64,000 nt of DNA from an uncultured bacterium. Its GTDB lineage: Bacteria > Armatimonadota > Hebobacteria > CAIYQO01. The stretch lies in the NCBI GenBank assembly GCA_964590255.1, contig CAZPYA010000013.1, forward strand, positions 1,549 through 65,548, read 5' to 3'. The notes beneath the pieces are model-generated. The model made no database searches and was not told where the DNA came from. It worked only from the letters and a program-made list of their open reading frames with translations. This document shows, one piece after another, positions 28,174-37,230 of the stretch. The position numbers and the translations under genes are program-made. Within the stretch, counting starts at the first letter, position 1. Each line of letters begins with the position of its first letter.

Positions 28174-28258
28174 GCAGAAAACTGTTACGATTTTTCGATG
28201 ATGCACGCCATGAACGAGTCTGCACCAGGCACGGAATTCGTTGCTGTACCCATTTCCC
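28174..28258. repeat. ~87-nt TIR element, copy 2; fills the whole copA-mtnA spacer
   Basis: The left arm ..CTGTTACGATTTTTCGAT is decayed. The right arm GGAATTCGTTGCTGTACCCATTTCCC is nearly identical to the arm at 35041-35066. Confidence 0.65.
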
Positions 28259-28259
28259 G

Positions 28260-29288
28260 ATGAAAGAACCACCCATGAACCTGCAAACCAATATTATCCC
28301 CGTCCGCTGGGAAGACGGAAGCCTGTTCATCCTCGACCAGCGCCGGCTGCCCGGGGAGGAGTGCTCTCTTGATTGCCGCCGCGTCGATGACGTGGATGTC
28401 GCCATCCGCACGTTGGCCGTCCGCGGCGCCCCGCTTATCGGCGTCACCGCGGCTTATGGCATGGCGCTGGCGGTGCGCGAGTCTACGGATCGCGCGCAAC
28501 TGCTCGCTTTCGCCGATCAACTGGCCGCCACCCGGCCCACCGCGGTGAACCTTTTCTGGGCGTTGGACCGTTGTCGCGCCGTCATCGCCGCGCATCCGGG
28601 GGCGACTATGGCGGAGTTGGCGGACATCCTGCTGGCCGAAGCCCTCGCCATCCATGCCGCCGATGCGGACGCCTGTGCGGCCATGGCCGTCGCCGGCGCC
28701 ACGCTCTTCCCGCCCAATGCGCGCATCCTCACCCATTGCAACACCGGCGCGCTGGCCACCGGGGGCATCGGCACCGCGCTGGGCGTCATCCGCGCCGCGT
28801 ATGCCGCCGGCCGCGTCAGCCAGGTGTGGGTCGACGAAACGCGTCCGTTGTTGCAAGGCGCCCGCCTCACGGCCTGGGAGCTGGCGCGGGACGGCATCCC
28901 GCACCGGCTGCAGTGCGACAACATGGCTGCCTCGCTGATGGCCGCGGGGCAGGTAGACGCCGTCATCCTTGGCGCCGACCGCATTACCCGCGCCGGCGAC
29001 TTCGCCAACAAGATCGGCACCTATGGCCTGGCGGTGCTGGCGCAGGCGCACGGCATCCCCTTCTACGTCGCCGCGCCCTGGTCGACCATTGATACCACGC
29101 TGGCCGATGGCGGCGCCATCCCGGTGGAACTCCGCGCGGATGACGAGGTGACGCACTGCGGCGGTACGCGGCAGGCGCCGATCGAGACGCCCGCATGGAA
29201 CCCCGCCTTCGACGTGACGCCCGGCCGATTCGTCACCGCCTTCATCACCGAGCGCGGGGTGCAGCACCCGCCGTTCGACACGGAATAA
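28260..29288 (+). CDS. mtnA: S-methyl-5-thioribose-1-phosphate isomerase
   Basis: VRWEDGSLFILDQRRLP, AVRGAPLIGVTAAYG and GADRITRAGDFANKIGTY are typical of the MtnA/eIF2B family. An alternative start exists at ATG 28275. Confidence 0.9.
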   Translation: MKEPPMNLQTNIIPVRWEDGSLFILDQRRLPGEECSLDCRRVDDVDVAIRTLAVRGAPLIGVTAAYGMALAVRESTDRAQLLAFADQLAATRPTAVNLFWALDRCRAVIAAHPGATMAELADILLAEALAIHAADADACAAMAVAGATLFPPNARILTHCNTGALATGGIGTALGVIRAAYAAGRVSQVWVDETRPLLQGARLTAWELARDGIPHRLQCDNMAASLMAAGQVDAVILGADRITRAGDFANKIGTYGLAVLAQAHGIPFYVAAPWSTIDTTLADGGAIPVELRADDEVTHCGGTRQAPIETPAWNPAFDVTPGRFVTAFITERGVQHPPFDTE

Positions 29289-29352
29289 TGCGGTTGGCCG
29301 CACACTGTCATTTGAGCGTATGATAACTTCGCTCAACCGTGCCTTCGCTGCC

Positions 29353-29381
29353 TTGACGTAGCGTAGTCAGCATGATAAAGT
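29353..29381 (+). promoter_or_regulatory. candidate promoter for ytxH-like gene
   Basis: TTGACG (29353-29358), a 17-nt spacer, then TAAAGT (29376-29381). Confidence 0.35.
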
Positions 29382-29432
29382 GACGGATAACGGGTGCGGC
29401 AGACGCACCGAAAGTGGAAGGGGAGGTGTGCG

Positions 29433-29699
29433 ATGCGAGGACGTGATTTTTTGGGTGGCGTCGTGATCGGCGCGATCGTCGGGGCGACCCTGGGCCTGCT
29501 GCTGGCGCCGAAAACCGGCGAAGAAACGCGCGAGACGATTCGGTCGACCGCCGATGACGTGAGTGAGAAGATGAAAACCGAGTTGTCGCGCTTGACTGAA
29601 GGCGTCGGACAACTCGCTGATCAAGTGAAGAATCAGGTGGGCGACGCGGTGAAGCGCGTGCGCGGAAACAACGGCGAAGGCGCTGACGAAAACGCCTGA
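29433..29699 (+). CDS. YtxH domain-containing protein
   Basis: MRGRDFLGGVVIGAIVGATLGLLLAPKTGEETRE is the typical YtxH N-terminus. A GGGAGG RBS lies before ATG 29433. Confidence 0.8.
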   Translation: MRGRDFLGGVVIGAIVGATLGLLLAPKTGEETRETIRSTADDVSEKMKTELSRLTEGVGQLADQVKNQVGDAVKRVRGNNGEGADENA

Positions 29700-29726
29700 T
29701 CATTCGCCAGCGACATGCTGCACAAA

Positions 29727-29754
29727 GGGTGGCCGCCCGCGCGGTCACCCTTTT
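29727..29754 (+). terminator. intrinsic terminator after ytxH-like gene
   Basis: Stem GGGTGGCCGC / GCGGTCACCC (one G-U pair), loop CCGC, followed by TTTTGTGTT. Confidence 0.7.
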
Positions 29755-29930
29755 GTGTTGTCCAGAGCTTTTTTCGACAATGTCCGGCATTGTTGAGCCA
29801 TTCGTACATTGCAACCAGACAGAGTAGTGAATAATGATAGCGGTAGCACGTGGCAAAATATTTGCCGCGCGGCGCATGCCGTAATAGTGACAGTTCCAAA
29901 TGCATCGCAACGACCCGTGAAGCGCCGTTC

Positions 29931-32891
29931 ATGACACACCAGACACGAAAGACCGAGCACCAAGCGCCGCGGCAGCGGATTGCCGACCTATTGGCCACAC
30001 ATCGTGATGCGATCTGTGAGGCGTGGTTGTCCACGTTCGCGTCATCCGATGATATCATCGCCGATCAGGCACGACGATTCCTCGACTTGCTCACCGCCGC
30101 CTTGCGCCATCCCGTTCCCGCCGGCGCCAACCTGACCCTCCACGAAGGCGCGCTGCACGCGTCGTTTCCGCACGTCTATACTCCGCACGCCCAGATGCAC
30201 CTGCTGTCGGTGCTGGTGGACCGGCTGCCGGGGGACGACGCCGCGGTCGCATCGACTGACCTGCTGCCGCTCTTCACGCAGGCGCTGGCCGCGCTGCCGG
30301 CCAGCGCCGAATTGACGCCGCTCTTCACCGAGCGCGTCAGCCGCCTGAGCCAGCTTTCCTGGGAGTTGAACAGCCTGCGCGACCAGGATGAGATCCTTCG
30401 GCACGCCCTGGATGCCACGCCGCCGCTGGTCGGCGCCGCGTCCTGCGCCGTCTGGTTGTGGGATGCTGACCAGCAGGCGCCGTTGATGCGCATCGACCGC
30501 GACGGCGCGGCGGCAGCCACCCGCGTGCCATCCTCATTGCTCGACTTGCTGCGCGCCACCTGCGCGAACGCCTGCGCGTTCGCCATCGACGCCGGGGAAA
30601 GCGACGGACACTGGCCGGCGCTCATGCGCGGCCGTCCGGTCGCCTTCATCCCGCTGACGGCGCCCGAAGGCTGTCTGGGTATCATGAGCGTGCATCACCA
30701 GGCCGGGGGCGGGTTTTCGCATGACGACATCTTCCTGCTATCGGCGCTGGGCAGTCATGTCGCCACGGCCATCACTAATATTCGCCTGCACGTCAACGAG
30801 CGCCACCTGATCAGCCTGTTGCAATCGTCTATCCGTCAGGTGGTGCAGGCCATCACCCACCGGCAGAGCGGGGAAGCGGAGTTCGTGGAATCGCTGGTGG
30901 ACGTCACCGCCGGCCTCACCCGCGCCGATTTCGTGCTCGCCTACCTGGAGGTCGGCGACCTGCCCCGCGTCATTGAAGCCTATGCCGGCATGCATTGCGG
31001 GGATGATGACGCGGCGCGGCGCATACTCGGCCAGGCGCTGCTGGCGCAGTGCCGCCAGGGCGTGCTCCCCGCCACGGGCCAGCTTTCGCAGATGATGCCA
31101 TCACTGTCCCCCGCGCAATGGCCCGAGCATGTGACGATGGCGGAGATCCGCTCCGGCGACACGTGCATCGGCGTGCTGGTCGCGGCCGGCCTGCATCCCC
31201 TACCGGATGAGCTGCAGGCGTTTCTGCCCACCATGGCCGCGCAAATCGGCGCCGGGGTGGAGAGCATCGAGAAATCCGTCGATATTGAGCGCATGCTCTT
31301 CCAACTGTCGAATATTAACTATGTCAGCGAGGCGATCACCAGTACCTTCGACCCGCGGCGTATCATGTCGCTGATTAGCCTGGCCACCAGCCAGGCGCTC
31401 AATACGCCGATTGTCATCTGTGGTTGGCATGGCGAGGACGGTGCCATCCGCGTCTTCCCTGACACCACACACGGGATTACGGATGACGCGGCGCTGGGGC
31501 TGACCGACCATAACGCCGTCATTCGCAAAGTGCTGGATACCGGCGCCGCGGTGACCAGCCGCCAGTTCGGCAACCGGTCCGGCAAGGCTTTTCCTACGCT
31601 CGCGCATACAGGCATGATAGACTGGCTGTGTGTGCCGATGCTGGTGAAGGGGCATGCGCGCGGCATCGTGATGCTGGCGGACACCGCGCCGCGCCATTTT
31701 TCCTCCCGCGATATCGCGCTGGTTTCCACCTACGCCAACCAGGCCGCGCTGGCCATGGAGAACTCGCTTCTCTACGAGCAGATTGAGCGCCAGTTGCGCC
31801 AGATGGAGTTGCTGTATCGTATCAGCCGCGCCTTCACCGCTACGCTGGATGAGCCGACCATCGAGAGTGAACTGCTGCACGTCGCGCGCGAGGCGCTGCA
31901 AGTGCCGGTGGCGCTTGTGTGCAAGGCGGATCCCCGCACCGGCGTGCAGCGCCTGGCACAGGCCGACGGCGTCATGGTGCCGGACCCGTCCGCCATGGCC
32001 TGGGAATCCGAGCGCGGCATCCCCGGGCTGGTTTACAAGTACCGCACGCCCGTCATCCGCGGCAACCTGGCCGCCGACGGCACTGATGCGCTGCTGCATC
32101 GGTTGGCGCAGGCACAGGGCCTGGCCTCCGTGCTGGCCGTGCCCATGCAATTGCCGGACGAGACGCTGGGCACGCTGCTGGTAATCACCCATGAACTGCG
32201 CGACTTCTCGACCGGAGACCAGCAGCTATTGCAGGCGATCGCCACGGAAGCCGCCGTCGCCTTCCGCAACGCGCGCATTCACCAGGCGGCCATGCAAGAC
32301 AGCGGCCATCTGCGCGAAATCATACAGGTCATCCTGCAAAATTCTCACCGCCTGCTGGCGTTGCTGACCGGGGTGTGCGAGCAGGCCCGCGTAGCCGATA
32401 CCCCCGAATACGCTCCCGAGCGCGCGGTTTACCGGCACGCGGCCATCACGGCGATCCAGGAACGGTTGAGCGAAGAGACGCCGGATCACATTGACGTTCG
32501 CGAGGTGATGAACGATTTACTGGAGAAACACAATGTCCTCCAACTCGACAAACCGGGGGCGGCGGTGCGCGCCACCGGCACGCACTTCGTGCTGCCGGTC
32601 TATCCCGCGGCGCTGTTGACCATCTTCCTGCTCGAATACCTGTCCGCGCTGCTGGTCGAGCCGCAACAACAAGCAACATCGCGCGTGACGATGGCTTTTA
32701 ATCAACTCGGTCACGACACGATGATGGTGGAGATCGAGGACAGCCGCCCCGCGTCCGATCCATACCCCATTCAGCTAAATCCTGTTATAATCCAGGCAGT
32801 CCGCCAGGGGTTGCAGGTTGACATCGCCGACAGCTTCGACGGCGGCACTCATCGCATGCGTTTCCGTTTCCCGCGTCCGGCAGTGCGATAA
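29931..32891 (+). CDS. multi-GAF domain sensor protein with RsbRD-like N-terminus and degenerate histidine-kinase-like C-terminus
   Basis: The N-terminus reads RIADLLATHRDAICEAWL. There are about four GAF-like units, each ending in the pattern ..LSALGSHVATAI / ..YANQAALAMENSLLYEQ / ..IATEAAVAFRNARIHQ. The C-terminal ~190 aa resemble HisKA_2 plus HATPase but lack the phospho-His, the N-box Asn and the DxGxG motif. Confidence 0.6.
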   Translation: MTHQTRKTEHQAPRQRIADLLATHRDAICEAWLSTFASSDDIIADQARRFLDLLTAALRHPVPAGANLTLHEGALHASFPHVYTPHAQMHLLSVLVDRLPGDDAAVASTDLLPLFTQALAALPASAELTPLFTERVSRLSQLSWELNSLRDQDEILRHALDATPPLVGAASCAVWLWDADQQAPLMRIDRDGAAAATRVPSSLLDLLRATCANACAFAIDAGESDGHWPALMRGRPVAFIPLTAPEGCLGIMSVHHQAGGGFSHDDIFLLSALGSHVATAITNIRLHVNERHLISLLQSSIRQVVQAITHRQSGEAEFVESLVDVTAGLTRADFVLAYLEVGDLPRVIEAYAGMHCGDDDAARRILGQALLAQCRQGVLPATGQLSQMMPSLSPAQWPEHVTMAEIRSGDTCIGVLVAAGLHPLPDELQAFLPTMAAQIGAGVESIEKSVDIERMLFQLSNINYVSEAITSTFDPRRIMSLISLATSQALNTPIVICGWHGEDGAIRVFPDTTHGITDDAALGLTDHNAVIRKVLDTGAAVTSRQFGNRSGKAFPTLAHTGMIDWLCVPMLVKGHARGIVMLADTAPRHFSSRDIALVSTYANQAALAMENSLLYEQIERQLRQMELLYRISRAFTATLDEPTIESELLHVAREALQVPVALVCKADPRTGVQRLAQADGVMVPDPSAMAWESERGIPGLVYKYRTPVIRGNLAADGTDALLHRLAQAQGLASVLAVPMQLPDETLGTLLVITHELRDFSTGDQQLLQAIATEAAVAFRNARIHQAAMQDSGHLREIIQVILQNSHRLLALLTGVCEQARVADTPEYAPERAVYRHAAITAIQERLSEETPDHIDVREVMNDLLEKHNVLQLDKPGAAVRATGTHFVLPVYPAALLTIFLLEYLSALLVEPQQQATSRVTMAFNQLGHDTMMVEIEDSRPASDPYPIQLNPVIIQAVRQGLQVDIADSFDGGTHRMRFRFPRPAVR

Positions 32892-32934
32892 GCACCGCGA
32901 CGCGGCGGCGACAGGGAAGCGAGGATCACCGCAT

Positions 32935-33849
32935 ATGCCGCTGCGTCGAGACGCGCGCGAACGCTGGCACGAATGCACCGCCTTCGCCCGGGAAGTGCTC
33001 GCCCGCTTCGGCGAGTACCGCGTGCCGCTGGCCGCCGGGGCCATCACCTACTTCGTCATCCTCTCGCTCATCCCGGTGCTACTGCTCATCGTCTCAGTGG
33101 CGGCCTATTTTTTCCCCAATCCCACCGAAGCGCGCAACATCATCTACGATCTCGCCGTCACCTGGGGGCCGGAGATTGCCGGTGCGCTGGGCTCGCAAGT
33201 GTCCGCGCTGGTGGCGAACCGCGGGTTGAGCCTGAGCATTGCGCTGCTCCTCGGCCTGCTGTCCGGCAGTCAGATATTCCTCATCCTCGAATCCGCCATG
33301 AACCTCACCTGGCGCGCGCCGCGCAAGCGGCGGTACTGGGTTCGGCGCGGGCTGGCGCTGCTGATGGTGCTCCTGGTCGGAGTGTTGCTCGGGCTGGCGG
33401 TAGTGCTCACCAATGCCGTGCGCCTGCTGTCGCGCATGGCGCTGCCGCCGTTGTTCACCTACGCTCGCGAAATCGCCCTGCTGAAAAATGCCTTCGCCAC
33501 CGTCATTGTCAGCTTCCTCATCCCCACACTGCTGGTGGCGGTCATCTTCGCCGCCATTTACATGATCATGCCAACCCGGCGCATCACGCTCCGCTCCGTC
33601 CTCCCCGGCGCGCTCTTCGCCGCGGTGCTCTGGGAAATCACCCTGCACCTCTTCGGCTGGTACATGTCCTACGCCGTTTCGCGCTTTTCCGTCATCTATG
33701 GCTCGCTTAGCGGCCTGGTGCTCTTCATGCTCTGGCTGTATTACAGCGCCCAGGTCTTCCTGCTCGGCGCCGAGATCTCCGCCACCTACCACGCCCACCT
33801 GGTGACCGAAGGTGACGACGACGAGCGCAGCGCCGACACCGAGACGTGA
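32935..33849 (+). CDS. YihY/virulence factor BrkB family membrane protein
   Basis: PLAAGAITYFVILSLIPVLLL and the C-terminal YGSLSGLVLFMLWLYYSAQVFLLGAEI are family hallmarks. The start is at ATG 32935. Confidence 0.8.
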   Translation: MPLRRDARERWHECTAFAREVLARFGEYRVPLAAGAITYFVILSLIPVLLLIVSVAAYFFPNPTEARNIIYDLAVTWGPEIAGALGSQVSALVANRGLSLSIALLLGLLSGSQIFLILESAMNLTWRAPRKRRYWVRRGLALLMVLLVGVLLGLAVVLTNAVRLLSRMALPPLFTYAREIALLKNAFATVIVSFLIPTLLVAVIFAAIYMIMPTRRITLRSVLPGALFAAVLWEITLHLFGWYMSYAVSRFSVIYGSLSGLVLFMLWLYYSAQVFLLGAEISATYHAHLVTEGDDDERSADTET

Positions 33850-33961
33850 AACAGCGCGGCCAGTCGCGTGTCTAACCCGATACGGCAAGACAATCTCTGT
33901 TATTGTCTGAGCGAGCACCGACTTCGATGCCGGGCAAGCGGGTATACTACACGCGGTTTCT

Positions 33962-34957
33962 ATGAAGCCAACGCCATTTTCACGATTACGGAGCCGATAT
34001 GATTCGTACCTGGGCCGGCAGATTCTCTATCTGCTGGCGCGGATAGTGCCGCATCTCACGCGGGAACGGGCGCTGTCGCTCGGACGCGCCCTTGGCTGGC
34101 TCACCCCGCGGGTGACGCCACACCGGCTGCTGCGCGTCTACCGCGACATTCGCCTGGCCTTCGGCGAGACGCTCACCGGGCGGCAATCCCTGGAGATGGC
34201 CTTTGCGGCATACCACCATCTGGGCGTCAGTCTTATCGAATTCTTGCGCCTGCCGGACATGACGCACGAGGAGATCAATAGCCTGGTGCGCGTTGCTGGT
34301 GCGGAGCATCTGGACGCCGCGCTGTCCGCCGGGCGCGGCGCGGTGCTGCTCACCGGCCACATCGGCAACTGGGAGATGGGGGGCACGGCGTTGGCCGTGC
34401 AAGGCTACCCGATGACCGCCATCGCCCGCCCGCAGGACAATCCCACGCTGAACGCGCTCTTATTGCGCATCCGCGAGGCGCATGGCATGGATATCGTGCC
34501 GCTCACCGACGTGCGCGCCTGCATCACGACGCTGCGACAAAATCGCTTCCTCGCCATCCTCGGCGACGTCAACGCGAAACAGCCCGGCGCCTTCGTGCAG
34601 TTTTTCGGACGGCCCGCCGCCACCTATACCGGCGCCGCCTACCTGGCAATGACCACCGGCGCATCGCTCATCCCGATCTTTGACGAACGCCTGCCCGATT
34701 ACTCGCACTGCATCACCGTGCAACCGCCCATTATCGTCTCCAACACCGGCGACCGTCGGCACGATCTGCTGGTGACCACCATGCGCGCGCAATTCGTCAT
34801 CCAGGAGGAAGTACGCCGTCGGCCGCACGAGTGGTTCTGGCAACTCCAGCGCTGGAAAACCCGTCCGGAAAACACTCCCAATCCGGAGCGCATCCCCATG
34901 GAACACCGCGACTTGACCCCCGAAGAAGTCGAGGCCGTGCTGCGCCGTGCGAGTTGA
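33962..34957 (+). CDS. lysophospholipid/lipid A acyltransferase family protein (LpxL/HtrB-like)
   Basis: It contains LLTGHIGNWEMGG (an HX4-type acyltransferase motif region). The length and layout are typical of late lipid A acyltransferases. Confidence 0.65.
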   Translation: MKPTPFSRLRSRYDSYLGRQILYLLARIVPHLTRERALSLGRALGWLTPRVTPHRLLRVYRDIRLAFGETLTGRQSLEMAFAAYHHLGVSLIEFLRLPDMTHEEINSLVRVAGAEHLDAALSAGRGAVLLTGHIGNWEMGGTALAVQGYPMTAIARPQDNPTLNALLLRIREAHGMDIVPLTDVRACITTLRQNRFLAILGDVNAKQPGAFVQFFGRPAATYTGAAYLAMTTGASLIPIFDERLPDYSHCITVQPPIIVSNTGDRRHDLLVTTMRAQFVIQEEVRRRPHEWFWQLQRWKTRPENTPNPERIPMEHRDLTPEEVEAVLRRAS

Positions 34958-34979
34958 CAACTTCCTCGTATGCACGCCA

Positions 34980-35066
34980 GGAAATGGGGACTGTAACGAA
35001 TTTCTCGATTTTTCACTCGGAATCGTTGTATTGCACGCAAGAAAATCGTTGCTGTACCCATGTCCC
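34980..35066. repeat. ~87-nt TIR element, copy 3 (best preserved)
   Basis: The sequence is GGAAATGGGGACTGTAACGAATTT ... AAATCGTTGCTGTACCCATGTCCC, and the arms are imperfect reverse complements of each other. It sits between convergent genes. Confidence 0.7.
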
Positions 35067-35097
35067 GCCAACAGTCACTGAACCAAACAACCCGCGA

Positions 35098-36210
35098 CTA
35101 CTCCCGATAATCGGCCAGAAACCCCTCAGACCATGCCTCGAATGTCCCCGCCTCGATCTCCGCGCGCATGCGCGCCGTGAGTTGCTGGTAGAAGCTGAGG
35201 TTGTGGAAGGTCAGCGCGCGGATGGCGAGGATTTCCCCCGCCTTCAACAGGTGGCGCAGGTAAGCGCGCGAGAACGTCTGGCACACCATGCAGGTGCATG
35301 CCGAATCGAGCGGGCCGCCGTCGCGTTCGTACTGGGCATTCCGCAGGTTCATGCGGCCCGCCCAGGTGAAAGCGGTGCCATTGCGTCCCATGCGCGTGGG
35401 CAGCACGCAGTCGAACATATCCACCCCCAGCCGCACTCCGCGCACCAGGTCGGTCGGCATGCCCACGCCCATCAGATAGCGCGGGCGGTCGTCGGGCAGC
35501 GCGGCGGTGGTGACGTTGAGCATCGCCCACATCATCTCCTTCGGCTCACCCACCGACAGGCCGCCGATGGAATATCCGGGGTAATCCATCCCCACCAGCG
35601 TCTGCGCGCTCTCCCGACGCAGGTCTTCCTCGAATCCACCTTGTACGATGCCGAATAAGGCCTGCTCGGTCTCCGGATGCCAGGCGCGCTTGCCACGCTC
35701 CGCCCAGCGGTGCGTGCGTGCCGTCGCTGTGATCGTCTGCTCGCGGGTGGCTCCCCACGGCACCGGCTGGTCGAAGGACATGATGATGTCCGCCCCCAGT
35801 CGCTGCTCGACGTCGATGGCCTTTTCCGGACTCATGAAATGCTCCGAGCCGTCGATGTGCGAGCGGAAGGTCAATCCTTCCTCCGCCACCTTGTGCAGCG
35901 AGGCGAGGCTAAATATCTGATAGCCTCCGCTGTCGGTGAGGATGCCGCCGTCCCATGCCTGGAATGCATGCAGCCCGCCCAGCGATTCGACCAACTCGAC
36001 GCCGGGACGCAGGTATAGGTGGTACGCGTTATTGAGGATAATCTGTGCGCCGGTGGCGCGCACCTCAGCCGGCGTCAGGCTCTTCACCGTCGCCTGTGTG
36101 CCCACCGGCATGAATGCTGGAGTATCGACGTGGCCGGCCCGCGTCCGCAGCACGCCGCGCCGCGCGCGGCCATCCACCGCCGAGATCGTCAACGAAAACA
36201 AAGGAGTCAC
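35098..36210 (-). CDS. tgt: tRNA-guanosine(34) transglycosylase (queuine tRNA-ribosyltransferase)
   Basis: Match along the full length. It includes TPAFMPVGT, DSGGYQ, GLSVGE and the Zn site CxCxxC (CTCMVC). The start codon is GTG at 36210. Confidence 0.95.
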   Translation of the reverse strand: MTPLFSLTISAVDGRARRGVLRTRAGHVDTPAFMPVGTQATVKSLTPAEVRATGAQIILNNAYHLYLRPGVELVESLGGLHAFQAWDGGILTDSGGYQIFSLASLHKVAEEGLTFRSHIDGSEHFMSPEKAIDVEQRLGADIIMSFDQPVPWGATREQTITATARTHRWAERGKRAWHPETEQALFGIVQGGFEEDLRRESAQTLVGMDYPGYSIGGLSVGEPKEMMWAMLNVTTAALPDDRPRYLMGVGMPTDLVRGVRLGVDMFDCVLPTRMGRNGTAFTWAGRMNLRNAQYERDGGPLDSACTCMVCQTFSRAYLRHLLKAGEILAIRALTFHNLSFYQQLTARMRAEIEAGTFEAWSEGFLADYRE

Positions 36211-36237
36211 CTCATTCGGGGGTTAATATAACATGAT

Positions 36238-37131
36238 ATGTCGGTTACGCTCATCCTGGGTTTCATCTTCGGCATCCTCAGCGCGCTCTTTTTCGCCTTC
36301 TATATGGTGCCGCAAAAAATCGTTCGCCAGGACACGCCCACCTTTCTGTGGTGGATGAGCCTGGGCGTGCTTGTCACCGCGGCCATTCCCTACGTCGCGT
36401 TGGGCTGTCCCATGCACGCCGACTGGGCGGCGCGGGGCACGGGCCTCTTCTGCGGCGTCGTCTGGGCGCTGGGCACCCTCTCATTTGCCGCCGGCATCAT
36501 GCGTATCGGCCTGGCGCAGGCAACGCCTATTAAGAATACGACGGGCGTGCTCGGAACCCTTGTCGGACTCATCGCATTTGCCGAATGGCGCACCACCGAT
36601 CCCATACTCTGCCTCCTCGGCAGCGTCGCCATCGTTCTCTCCGCCATCCTCATCGGCGCCACCACGCCCACCGAGCCGCGCCCGCCCTCCGCCGCCGGAG
36701 TCCTGTTCGCCCTCGGTGCCGCCGTGTGCTACGCCACCTACCTCTACCCGATGAAGCTGGTGTTGGAGCTGGAGCAGGTCAGCGATGTAGAGTTTACCAT
36801 CTGGATGGCCGCCGGCATCTTTGGCCTGACGACCACGACGGTGCTGGCGACGCGCCGCGCGCCCACCGTGCTGGCGCAGCCCCCGCGTGCCGCGTTGATG
36901 GCGATGTTGGGCGGCGTCTCCTGGGCACTGGCGCTCTTCTGTCTCGCCGCGAGCATCAACTATGCGGGGTTAGCCATCGCCTGGTCGCTGGCGCAGCTCA
37001 ACACCATTCCCGCCGTCTTCATCGGCATGTTCACCTTCCACGAGGTGCGCTGGACTACCCAATGGCGCAAAATCACCCTGGGGATGATTGCCGCCGTCAT
37101 CGGCACCATATTGCTGGCGCTGTCAAAGTAG
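36238..37131 (+). CDS. GRP-family sugar transporter / DMT-superfamily permease (GlcU-like)
   Basis: About 10 TM segments. The N-terminus ILGFIFGILSALFFAFYMVPQK resembles glucose/ribose porter family members. Confidence 0.6.
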   Translation: MSVTLILGFIFGILSALFFAFYMVPQKIVRQDTPTFLWWMSLGVLVTAAIPYVALGCPMHADWAARGTGLFCGVVWALGTLSFAAGIMRIGLAQATPIKNTTGVLGTLVGLIAFAEWRTTDPILCLLGSVAIVLSAILIGATTPTEPRPPSAAGVLFALGAAVCYATYLYPMKLVLELEQVSDVEFTIWMAAGIFGLTTTTVLATRRAPTVLAQPPRAALMAMLGGVSWALALFCLAASINYAGLAIAWSLAQLNTIPAVFIGMFTFHEVRWTTQWRKITLGMIAAVIGTILLALSK

Positions 37132-37230
37132 TCCCGGGAGCGCGGATATGAACATTCCGCATCAGCACTGGTGAACTCACGCGATAACCCGGTATAATAC
37201 AACTAGACGATTCATCCCGTGAGGTGTGTC

